64,000 nucleotides of DNA, taken from Lepidodermella squamata (Eukaryota > Animalia > Gastrotricha). This document shows, in pieces, positions 31,997-41,474 of the stretch; within the stretch, counting starts at the first letter, position 1; every line of letters starts with the position of its first letter. A program made the position numbers and the translations under genes. The stretch is taken from the NCBI GenBank assembly GCA_047495785.1, contig JBLDXI010000026.1:248001-312000 (forward strand), read 5' to 3'. Under the pieces are notes generated by a model. That model saw only the letters and a list, made by a program, of their open reading frames with translations. It searched no databases and was not told the DNA's origin.

Positions 31997-33282
31997 GTAA
32001 AGTCGACCAGGACGTTTCGTGCAAAATTCAGCTCGATAACTTGATCCGTCTCAAAGTAACAGAGAAGTATCAGGTTATCGGCTAATGCTTTTTTAAATAA
32101 TAAATCAATAGAAAGCACGCCACTTTTAACCAGACTGTATGCACTACGACTTGAGTCGGGTGAGAGATCGAATCCTATAAAGGAAAAGCCGTCCTTGCTG
32201 TATTCTGATAGCTTTATACCATTTGTTTTAGTCGAGTAAGGAAACAGCGTCTCCCTAAGAGCACTCATAGCCCGAGCCGATGTATTTTCGCCCTCTCCAA
32301 ATTCGAGCGGGCTGTTTGGGACATGCTCGCTATCTATTGTGACAGACACGCGCTGAACGCCAGCGTTTTTAAAGTTGTAAGGACTGGTGAAGATGTCGCC
32401 TTTGAAATCACTATCGCTAACGAAAGACATCACCAGTCGTCTGGGTATTTTCCCTAGTATAACGTGCCCAAGGTTGTAGTTAAGAGATCCCTTTTGCAAA
32501 TTCAAGACTTTAATGAACGATCTGTTCACACCATACTTGGCCGTGGTTTTTGTTAGTGTTCGATTCAGCGCCAACGTAAATTGCGGAGATACGCGAACGC
32601 GACGCAATTTGAGCTTAGCATCAGTAACTGTTAGTGTATAGTCCATCTTGTCCCCGGCAGGTTTCATCAGAGCAAACGCCTCAGGTGCGCGTATGAAAGT
32701 CAACTTGAAGGGCGTAGCCGGAATCAGAAATTTCGGCTGAGAGAATAGCTCTAAATGTGGCTTGCCTATAAGAACCATCTCGCCTTGCTTTGCCCAAGCA
32801 AGTCTGGCGGTATGACCCTTGCCAGCAGGATCGCTGACTTTACCAGCTTCGTCTGAATAATAGCCTTGCAATGCCAAGTAGCTATCCTTAGCTGTCGGAT
32901 CACAACTCAGTAAAGTTGAAATATAAGCCTTATAATTATATGTCGGAGCCGGTTCGCTGATTTGCGTATTATTTATGCTCATATCTATTTGACTGAACAT
33001 ACTATGCAACAGAAGGTTAACCGGCGAGCAAGTAAGGTCAGCTAAAGTCTTTGACGCGTCGCCATTCACTATTTTACATGTTATTTCCACGTATGAACGG
33101 CTCAAATCTGTCCAATCATTGCTTGGAGGGATGTCAAAATCAATGCGTGACTGATTGGCGATCGCGGAAACTGGTCCATATTCTGTAATGTAATTGCTCT
33201 CTATCTCAACTTGAGTAGGGTTCAACGAAAAGACATTCAGCTCAGCGCGAATTGCGTTTTCAGAAGAGGGGTGGACGTACAT
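31993..33282 (-). CDS. PY: Double jelly-roll major capsid protein
   Basis: ELNVF..PTQ, DLSRSY, PVNLLLHSMFSQID, YNYKAYI, SPYNF, GFDLSPD; 429 aa. Confidence 0.92.
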   Translation of the reverse strand: MYVHPSSENAIRAELNVFSLNPTQVEIESNYITEYGPVSAIANQSRIDFDIPPSNDWTDLSRSYVEITCKIVNGDASKTLADLTCSPVNLLLHSMFSQIDMSINNTQISEPAPTYNYKAYISTLLSCDPTAKDSYLALQGYYSDEAGKVSDPAGKGHTARLAWAKQGEMVLIGKPHLELFSQPKFLIPATPFKLTFIRAPEAFALMKPAGDKMDYTLTVTDAKLKLRRVRVSPQFTLALNRTLTKTTAKYGVNRSFIKVLNLQKGSLNYNLGHVILGKIPRRLVMSFVSDSDFKGDIFTSPYNFKNAGVQRVSVTIDSEHVPNSPLEFGEGENTSARAMSALRETLFPYSTKTNGIKLSEYSKDGFSFIGFDLSPDSSRSAYSLVKSGVLSIDLLFKKALADNLILLCYFETDQVIELNFARNVLVDFT

Positions 33283-33333
33283 GGCAGTGAGATGATTATT
33301 TAATCTCGGTTTTAACTCCTTTAAATAGGGTTT

Positions 33334-33796
33334 TCAGAAGGAAACGCGTTTTGTGCTCCTCTTTTTTTTCGTTGGCATTTTTTGTTTGGCTACGTACCGA
33401 CGACGACGACGCCGACCAGTTCCGATTTGCGAGCCTACTCTAGATATTACATCTTTTGCAACTCCCTTTAACCCTTCCACTGCACGTTGTTTCAAAATCG
33501 CTCTGGGATTGGCATCTTTGTTTTCAAGAAGATCCGTTGCAATGTTGGCTGTTGTATGACTCAAATTCCGAAATATCGGTCCAAGTAAGGGAATGATATG
33601 ATTGCGAAAAAACCCAGCAGCTACGCTCCCGAACCCGTTTCCTGTCTATACTAACACATTTTACACATTTTCACCGATTGTTACCGATTATTTTTACCTG
33701 GTATGAAGGAAAAACGATAGACTGTCCGCGAAATGGCTCTATCCCATATCCACTTTGTTGCAACAAAAAAGACTCGTAAGCATCGGCTGAATACAT
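33334..33796 (-). CDS. Small basic virion core/membrane-active precursor with QxGxG motifs, 2 exons (intron 33646-33697), 136 aa
   Basis: QSGYG, YQ|TGNGFG..FFRN..IPL, QIGTG followed by an Arg/Lys-rich tail. Confidence 0.75.
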
Positions 33797-33897
33797 GTTT
33801 TATTTAGCTTTGTGTACAGTTTAAATCGAACCTAACTAATCCATTGTCTTTTTTTACAGCTGAGCTTTCCAACTTTTTCTAAAAACGGATGAATGGC

Positions 33898-35588
33898 TCA
33901 TAAATAAATAAATAAATAAATAGCAATAGGTCTAATCTGAACTAATATAACAGCCTTACCACTAACGAATTTTACAGGTAATCCAGAGTCTTTATATATT
34001 TGAATCTCAATAACAGACAAAACGCGACGTTTAATTGGGACAAATATGGGTTTTTCAAAAGTTTTCGAAAAAAAGCTTCCTTTGTCTATCGTTTTTTCCG
34101 TCGGAATTACTCGCAACAGGGGTGTGCGGGTATTTCCGACATACACGTCATCAATTACGTCAGCGTACAAGAATAAGAAGGGCATTCCGTAATCAAGCTG
34201 GGGTGGAAATCTTGCGATCGCTTGATCGTCAACATGATGGATTGTGTAGAAATATTCTATTATCGATACAGGTTGCTCTTCGTGACTTGGCGGGTTTTGG
34301 TCATTTTGCGGACCAGATGGCTGAATTTCGACCGATGGGCTAGGAGCACTTGATGACCGCTCTTTCACCGCTGTGCCGCTCTGATCTGACTGATCCATCG
34401 ATGACTCGTCTGGCTCACTTTCATGCTGGTCTAGATCAACATTATCGTCAGGATTCTGATGTGTTGTCTCGTCAGGTAACAAATCTTTCTTTGCTGGATC
34501 CGTCGCTTTGTCTGACTCATTCTTCACAACTTCATCGTCACCAACCGCAGGGTCAGCCGGTTGATTATCATCTGGCTTCGCGGTCACTTGTTCATCTGGC
34601 TCAGCAGTCACTTGTTCATCTGGCTTCGCAGTCACTTGGTCTTCCGTTGACTCGCCAGGCTTCTTATTATCACCCGATGGAATTGGCGGAAGCTTTCGCT
34701 TTCGTTGCGGTGGGTTACTGTCATTCGATACCTTTTTATCATTCGGATCTTGCCTATTCTCAGCTTCCGTCTCATCCTCTTTATCGACCTTTTTCACATC
34801 ATCGTCAGCTGGGGGTGGCAACTCTGCATCTTCATCGGATCTTCGAGATCTAACTTTACCGGGTACTCTTTCCGGTAAAAATAGCCCACCTTTGAATCTA
34901 ACTTTGTTGAATTCATTCACATCTGCTGATATGGAACGGTATGGTATTCTCTGCCTACTTCCAGTAACGACATAGCCAAGCATTAGCCTGAACGCTGCGC
35001 CCATTTTAACCACGTCATTTGAAAACCCTTCGTCCTTTCTATCGAATTTGTGGAATGCAACAAAGGCACCAGGGTACCCTAAAACTTGCGCGAGTTCCTT
35101 AGGTATAAATATTCCCCATTTACCAATGGCGACCTTCAGTGACACGCGATTTGTGATTTGCACGTACTCAAATGTAATATTCTTCGTTATGCTCTGAACT
35201 TCCTTCTCCATGTGAGTAAGCAATTCTTCTATGTTGGAGTAATATACTCCTCCGACCTGGCATTCATGCAGATTTTTCGTGTCAAATGGATCCGGAGCTT
35301 TGTATGCATCAGGTTGTTCCAACCATTCGCAATCAAAAACGTAAAAATTTGTCGGTTCTATCGACTCCCAAGCTGATGGACCGTTAAATTCCACGAGACC
35401 CATTTCCCATTGACCTAAATTTTTTTTTAGTGCGGGCTATAAGTGACTTTCATTTTTATCATACCCACTGTGCCAAGATCAATATCGTTGGCCAACTTGA
35501 CGCGAAATGACGACGCTGTGTTGTCAGGAAACAGATCGTTGGATGCGTTCGATGGTAAGTAAAGTAAAAATTCTTGCCGCGCGCTCAT
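33898..35588 (-). CDS. PX: Minor capsid (penton) protein, 2 exons (intron 35415-35464), with a large acidic insertion
   Basis: N-terminal FLLYLPSNAS..FPDNT..FRVKL..G|QWEMGL; C-terminal LYADVI..VGN..PLLRVIP..IEIQI..G.PVKF. Confidence 0.88.
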
Positions 35589-35818
35589 GTCGTCGTGTTA
35601 TTAGCAATGCGATGAAATAGCCGATCCCTCCAAGACCAGTAGATTTCAATAGAAAAATATGTGGCGCAGAGAGCTAACAGCGATATTATTCCGAGACCTT
35701 TTTTTCTCCTACTAACTGCAGCTGCTAGCCTACTGCTAACACTGCTGTGCGGCGAACTACTTTTACTTGCTCTTTCGTGTGATTCTTCAGGTGCCTGAGG
35801 AGACTCTGTTCCACACAT
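35585..35818 (-). CDS. Small predicted single-TM Maverick protein
   Basis: 77 aa; RRKK followed by a hydrophobic stretch; stop overlaps the penton ATG (ATGA). Confidence 0.5.
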   Translation of the reverse strand: MCGTESPQAPEESHERASKSSSPHSSVSSRLAAAVSRRKKGLGIISLLALCATYFSIEIYWSWRDRLFHRIANNTTT

Positions 35819-35899
35819 TTATCGGCGATGCACGCGTTTGTTACCGCGTTTGCGTGCTGTGGATTTTCGTTTCCGGATAGCTCGTCTAGGACCAGGCAT
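35819..35899 (-). CDS. 26-aa protamine-like peptide MPGPRRAIRKRKSTARKRGNKRVHRR (not in the ORF track)
   Basis: ATG overlaps the integrase TAA; its TAA abuts the next ATG; 13 of 26 residues are Arg/Lys. Confidence 0.55.
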   Translation of the reverse strand: MPGPRRAIRKRKSTARKRGNKRVHRR

Positions 35900-37164
35900 T
35901 ACTTTCCCCTCTTTTTGGCCGATTTTCGCTCCTTTATATATTCATTTTGGACGTCTTTTATTTGGTCAATTGGCTCCCATGAACTTTGAGATTTGGGAAA
36001 CCCAACCCAGCTAACTAAAACCCGCGTTGTTCCATCCTTGAATTTTCGCTTCTCTTTACTCACTTCATCTATCAGGTATTCATCCGGTAATTTGACTTTT
36101 TGAAGCTCATAGTGATAAAAAACGCCTGCAACAGGTTCGGTGTAGTCGCCGTTTTCTGTGCTCCATCCATTCAACTTGTATGTATGCGGCCCGTACCTGT
36201 CTGGCTTGATGGCTTTCGCTATTTTGAAATACTCATCCGTATAAGTAAAATGACGAGCGCGGGCAAAAACGCCTCTCTCTGCTGAGATCCGTACTACATC
36301 GTCTAATTTAAAAGCTGATGGCTGCCTGCGACCTTCTTCTATGTCCGCTCCGAAAACGTTATTGTAAGCTATATACTGCTTAGGGCTGTCCTCGAAAATA
36401 TCGAGATTAAGCTCCTTGTCACTCCCGATTTTACGCCCACTCTCCTTGTCATTGTACAACTCTGCGGGTGTGAACTTGGTAGATGAGTGACGGGAGTCAT
36501 TGTAAACTCTAACGATGTTCTGCAAATCATCGACGAATCTACCGTCGTTTCGCGCCATCGCAAGCTTAGCCAGTCGCATGCGCAGTAATTTGTTGAATGA
36601 CTCTATTTGAGGAACTTTCTTTTCCGAATTCGTAGCGAAAAAATGAATGGATTCTGATTTCAAATATCGCTCAACGTGTTGGTTGAAAAATTCTGAACCT
36701 CTATCGAACACAACAGCGTACGGTTTTTGCTTAGCGTCCTTCATAACTATTTTCAGAGCTCTAAGTGTTTCGGGACCGGTTTTATTTCGCATCGTTTGCA
36801 CCCAGGCGAAACGACTGTATGTGTCCTTGGCTGTAAGTATATATTGCACGTTGTCGTTCTCGCCCTTTACATTTCTCACGTCCACCAAGTCCATAGCGAA
36901 CAAACTTCTTCGACTAAAGCATGCCACCTTCCGGGTTACTCGATTCCTCGTTCCGACCTGCTTATAAACGCTCCACGTACGTTGATTTCCCAACCAGTTC
37001 CTTACTTGCCGCATTGTGATCTTTCGACCTGGATACTTGACCCTGTAGGCTTTGTAAAGAGCTGATACGCTACCGAGACCGCCTGGTTCACCCGGGTCGA
37101 AGTAAATTTTTCGCAAATCTCGGTCATCTTGATCTAACGTTGGCATTTTCGTTGTATATTCCAA
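35899..37164 (-). CDS. INT: Retroviral-like (rve) integrase with C-terminal chromodomain; probable ATG at 37146
   Basis: IYFDP..PGG, DDE triad MDLVD / FDRGSEF / IESFNK, YNDSRHSS, VRIS, chromodomain VLVSWVGFP...SWEP. Confidence 0.95.
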   Translation of the reverse strand: MEYTTKMPTLDQDDRDLRKIYFDPGEPGGLGSVSALYKAYRVKYPGRKITMRQVRNWLGNQRTWSVYKQVGTRNRVTRKVACFSRRSLFAMDLVDVRNVKGENDNVQYILTAKDTYSRFAWVQTMRNKTGPETLRALKIVMKDAKQKPYAVVFDRGSEFFNQHVERYLKSESIHFFATNSEKKVPQIESFNKLLRMRLAKLAMARNDGRFVDDLQNIVRVYNDSRHSSTKFTPAELYNDKESGRKIGSDKELNLDIFEDSPKQYIAYNNVFGADIEEGRRQPSAFKLDDVVRISAERGVFARARHFTYTDEYFKIAKAIKPDRYGPHTYKLNGWSTENGDYTEPVAGVFYHYELQKVKLPDEYLIDEVSKEKRKFKDGTTRVLVSWVGFPKSQSSWEPIDQIKDVQNEYIKERKSAKKRGK

Positions 37165-37201
37165 CTCTAGCGTTTTGCGTTTTAAATAGTGACATTCTGT
37201 A

Positions 37202-38116
37202 ATGGAAAAGTATTCTTACATCCGAGCTATTGGCTCAGGTTCTTTCGGCACTGTCAGTTTACAGCGCAACATTCCCCTAAATCGAATGTTTGCAGTGAAA
37301 ATGATAGATACTACGATCCCCTACAAACTCGAGTCTGCCACTCGGGAAATTGAGTGCCTGCAAATACTAAAATCTGCGCCAAACGTTATTAGGTAGGCGA
37401 CTGATATTGTTTTGACCACCGAATTACTTAAATCGTATAGACTGCATGAGGTTGTGTTCACCACTCGACGTGCATTTCTTGTGCTGGAATGTCACCTCAT
37501 GGATATGAAATCCTTGATTGGAGTGATAACTCGACCCTGGCCACTTGTTCTACTAACCCGATGGTTAAACCAGCTTTTGACTGCTCTTGCATATATTCAC
37601 GCTTGTGGAATAATTCATCGCGACATTTGCCCGCAGGTTTGTCAGTTTTTGTCTTTCAGCCAAGTTTTCAACACCTAATTACAGAATGTACTCCTGCAAA
37701 CCAGCTGGGTCGATGTATCCCTCGCTGATTTCGGCATTTCGCGAACACTGCCCGACGACACCTGCCCAGATATGACCCCGGAAGTTACGGCGTTTCACTA
37801 CCGAGCGATCGAAATAGTATTCCCTAAACCTCGATATACGAATAAAATTGATGTTTGGTCCCTAGCTGCTACAACTATTGAACTTGTTACACTTGCACCG
37901 TTTTTCTCCGCTCAATCTACTGTCAACATATTCAATAACATAAAATCTAAAACTTCCAGTCTTGATGATTTCTTTAGGTGTTTGAACACATTCGTTCACT
38001 GCGATTTCACCGAGTACAGGCAATTGCTTGAGCTACTGTTCTCAATGCTCAATAACAATCCTGAATCTCGTCCATCAGCAGATCAATCTCTAATTCTGCT
38101 CAATGCAATCTTATGA
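37202..38116 (+). CDS. CDK-like (CMGC) Ser/Thr kinase, 3 exons (introns 37393-37440, 37637-37684), 272 aa
   Basis: IGSGSFG, FAVK, SATREIECL (PSTAIRE-like), HRDICPQ|N, LADFG, TPEVT..YRAIE, DVWS, RPSA. Confidence 0.9.
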
Positions 38117-38750
38117 TATCAACATTTCGGTTTCCAACATTGTCGCAACCTTCAACGTTGGAACTCCCATAGATCTACATCTCCTTGCTCAGCGTGGGGT
38201 TAATACGTTCTTCGATAGCAGGCAAATACCCGTATCAGTAAAGATCCGATTCCCCAGTCACATTTCAGCAATGGTTTACTCATCAGGCCATGTTATAGTC
38301 ATTGGAGGAAAAGGGTCGAAGGACACTGCGGATTTTGAATGCAAAGCCTTGGTCATCTTACACAAGCTACGGAATTGGATGTCAATTCCTTCTCTAATCT
38401 TCGATCGGTTTAATATTAGAAACATTGTCATAACAGGACAGCTACCTTTTCGATTTTTGCAAATTTCAACACTGTATTCGGAATTTTCATCGGTGAAAAT
38501 GCCAGGATTCAAAATTGTTTACATACCTGAAATGTTCTGCGCTATGAGACTTACCATCAATAATGTGAAAATTAGCTTTTTCCCAAGCTCTCATAAGTTT
38601 AATGTTGTCGGCGTTAAAACATTAGATCATGGGCTGAATATTGTTCGTACTTTTGTCCAGCTCTGCATTGATATTCACGAAAAAGAGTTGACTGATTTGG
38701 GGTTAACCGAGCTAGATTTACTGTTCCTGAATTCCTGTTTCAATAATTAA
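38103..38750 (+). CDS. TATA-binding-protein family protein (divergent TBP/TRF2-like)
   Basis: Two TBP half-repeats: SNIVATF...IDL...AMVYSSGHVIVIG and FNIRNIV...YIPEMF.AM...SFF.S.KFNVVG. Confidence 0.8.
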   Translation: MQSYDINISVSNIVATFNVGTPIDLHLLAQRGVNTFFDSRQIPVSVKIRFPSHISAMVYSSGHVIVIGGKGSKDTADFECKALVILHKLRNWMSIPSLIFDRFNIRNIVITGQLPFRFLQISTLYSEFSSVKMPGFKIVYIPEMFCAMRLTINNVKISFFPSSHKFNVVGVKTLDHGLNIVRTFVQLCIDIHEKELTDLGLTELDLLFLNSCFNN

Positions 38751-38784
38751 AAATTTATTATTCTTAGACAAGATTTATTGAGTC

Positions 38785-39396
38785 ATGGCATTGTCCGCAC
38801 CAGGTGTTGAGCTGACTGTTTTCAATATAAATCCGCAACTGAACCTCGGAATCGATAATATGCCCAATGGACACTATCTTCGCAATCAGCAGGTGGAAAA
38901 ATTACGAGCTGTGAAATCTCACTTTCTAAGGACAATGCACGGCTCTGTTGTTGTTGACATTGTATCTGGAAAATCCGGCGTTTGCGTCCTCCTACCTTAC
39001 GTGCTCAAATCTAGCAGAGTTTTGGTGATTACGCCTTCTCAAGACATTACACGACAACTAGCATGGGATTTTACCGGAAATTTGAAACCTGAAACAGCCT
39101 TCCTGTTTCGCGCAGGCGTTTACACCTTCTGGAAGACATGGCCGACCATCATACCTAAATGTTGCATTTTCGATCACTCTTACAATTTTAATCAGGATTT
39201 CAACCCACCACCTCTCTTCATCACCAACAGCTTTGATTTGAACCTTATCCCTCTAAATCTTTTCGATTTAGTAACCGTTGTTAACGCACAAGATTTTCTA
39301 CTTTCATCTTTGAAGCTCATCGCGGAACGTTTTAAAAAGGTCAAAGTAGTGTTCCTTGCAGACCGTAAGATTGCCGATTTCAACGTTATTATGTAA
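38785..39396 (+). CDS. Degenerate SF2/ResIII-like helicase N-terminal domain
   Basis: LRNQQ (Q motif), SGKSG (altered Walker A), RVLVITP..ITRQL; FDLVTVVNAQ where DExH is expected; no second RecA domain. Confidence 0.6.
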   Translation: MALSAPGVELTVFNINPQLNLGIDNMPNGHYLRNQQVEKLRAVKSHFLRTMHGSVVVDIVSGKSGVCVLLPYVLKSSRVLVITPSQDITRQLAWDFTGNLKPETAFLFRAGVYTFWKTWPTIIPKCCIFDHSYNFNQDFNPPPLFITNSFDLNLIPLNLFDLVTVVNAQDFLLSSLKLIAERFKKVKVVFLADRKIADFNVIM

Positions 39397-39594
39397 CACT
39401 AGACTTGGGTGTCAGGTACTGGTTTCAGGTTCTTTTCTATTAATCCATGTTGTTAGCCCCATTAATGTCCATGTTCGATGATCCATTGATCAATAAAAAT
39501 GAGATTCCGTAACGTGTTTTTTTGCTCGAGCGTCAAATAGGTGACTACCAGACATTCTAGATTTTTTGTTCTGAGATAGATTTCATAAAGTACC

Positions 39595-39681
39595 ATAAAG
39601 TACCAAAAATTTGAGTCCTAATTTATTATTTAAAATTAACTTTTGACGTTGTTTCTTTTTAAGCTCCTCACACTTCCTCCT
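39595..39681 (-). repeat. Right terminal inverted repeat of the Maverick
   Basis: ...TTTTAAGCTCCTCACACTTCCTCCT, reverse complement of the left TIR. Confidence 0.93.
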
Positions 39682-40224
39682 TCTGACACTTCAGACTGAG
39701 TTTAGTTTCTGTCTGGACACTTCATAAGCGTGACGCAAAACGTTTAAAGAATGGCGGGATAACCAAATTTGATGCGAAATAAGGTTGATTTTGTTGTCCC
39801 GGCTCATTTAATTAGTAAGTTGATTGACAGTACGGGGGATTGAATGGGGAGATCAACTTTGACCTAATGTGCTGACATTTTAAAATAGCTGTAATGCTGT
39901 TGAATGCTTGTGCTGCTCTTAAGTGCAAGGAGGAAAATCGATCTATCTTGAATAACTTGAATAAGCTCCGGATGCAAATGATTGCCTCAGAATATAATAA
40001 TTTGAAAGCTGTTATTCCATTATTTTATTATTCAACATTCAAAACAAGCCTTGTCAGCTTTATTCGCAAATATTTATCGGGAAGAAAAAATGCCAAATCA
40101 TGATTTTTCGTTAATAAAAGGTTCATAGAAGTCGGCCAGAATCGGGGCAAGGTTATGTTGGCAACTTTCGGAATAATTACCGCGGTTGACTAGGCCTGGA
40201 TTCAAAGCTTCTGAGTACTTATAA

Positions 40225-40939
40225 CAGTGTTCCGATTTTTGCCCACTGGACCACGCTCAGTGGCAGACATAAAAAAATATTCCTTATTAAAACCGTTGAG
40301 AGAAGGGATAGGGGTATAGATAATCGGCGTACACTTTTAAGACCTTATGAAGCCGGCCAGGTTAAGGGATTTCTCGAGGTAAAAATTCGCAATTTTTCTG
40401 CTTTTATATCGACAGTTTTGCTCGCTGCGCTCGCTGATAACCATTTTCCTTTCATTTTCCATTCTCTCAAGCCAATAGTTCCCATACTCATTAGACCCAA
40501 TTTTCAATGATCCGTCCGGAAGGAAGTTAAAAAGAGTCCTGAAATTCCTTCCTTCTTAGAGAAAAACCAGCTTCGAGATGCTCATTTTTCGCATTTTCAG
40601 AGGCAAATCTTCAGAGGCAAATCACCGAAAAATCGGCTCGCTTCGCTCGCATTCTAGTCCTGTTCTTTTCTTTCCCTGATTTTATAAAGGCAATATAGAC
40701 GAACTTACTCCCCTTGAACAGCAGTGAAGACGTCAGGTTTTAAGCTTTAGGAAATAGCATCTGTGATTTTTCAATCGCGTGTATAACTAGTTTCGCGAAT
40801 TCTGCGAACTTCGAACCAATGTACAGTAGCTTAACGAAAAAACGAAAACTCGAAAAAAATTCCAAATTGGCGTACACTTTTTCGCAATTTTTTTCCAGTG
40901 GCAGACACTGTCAAGTCACGAAAAAAAATCGGAGGACTG
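40225..40939. mobile_element. Non-autonomous hAT-like DNA transposon
   Basis: Imperfect TIR CAGTGTTCCGATTTTT / AAAAATCGGAGGACTG; perfect 8-bp TSD ACTTATAA (40217-40224, 40940-40947). Confidence 0.8.
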
Positions 40940-41031
40940 ACTTATAATATATGAACTGAATAGGTTATCTTCGAGGTAATCAAGCTTCCATTCGATATCG
41001 GCAAGGGCGAAGTAAAAAAAATGGCAGCATG

Positions 41032-41474
41032 TCAATAGATGGTCTTGTCAGACATAATATCTTTGGCCATCATCTGCGCCCATATATAAAAAGATACATT
41101 ATTCTCGCAGATATTTCGCGATCCAAGGATTTCGATGCATCTCGCCATTCGCTTGCGCTGTCGGTCGACTACCCGCATGTCACGCGCAAGCTTACGCAAC
41201 CCTTTCAAATTTCGCTGGCGGACAAGTTCCAAAATCAATGATTCTGAAATGGGAAAAATCTTATAAAAACTATCAATTTTTGCATAGAGAACTTACTTAT
41301 CCTAATCTCGTTTGATGATCCATTTCTCGCAATAACTGTGGATAATAGCTCCCGAGCAATCCCCATTTGTTCGTCGATCGCAGGTTGAGACGTAGTTTCA
41401 CCGATGCTTTGCTTATCTCCCGCGCACAGACTTGAAGAAACGGCGATTAAGAAGAGTATATTGGCCAGGTGCAT
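41032..41474 (-). CDS. Secreted peptide precursor, 2 exons (paralog of 44559-45015)
   Basis: Signal peptide; RKR followed by C-x9-C..F.(I/L)WAQM.A.DIM. Confidence 0.7.

Larger units (their letters stand above)
17608..39681. mobile_element. Maverick/Polinton (group 2) endogenous dsDNA virus, ~22.1 kb, apparently intact
   Basis: Matching TIRs plus pPolB, integrase, C5 protease, A32-like ATPase, MCP and mCP, all with open frames after splicing. Confidence 0.96.

Noticed and set aside
38785-39396. Bacterial type III restriction gene or contaminant contig
   Set aside because: It lies inside the Maverick TIRs among intron-containing genes, has only one degenerate RecA-like domain, and has no methylase partner
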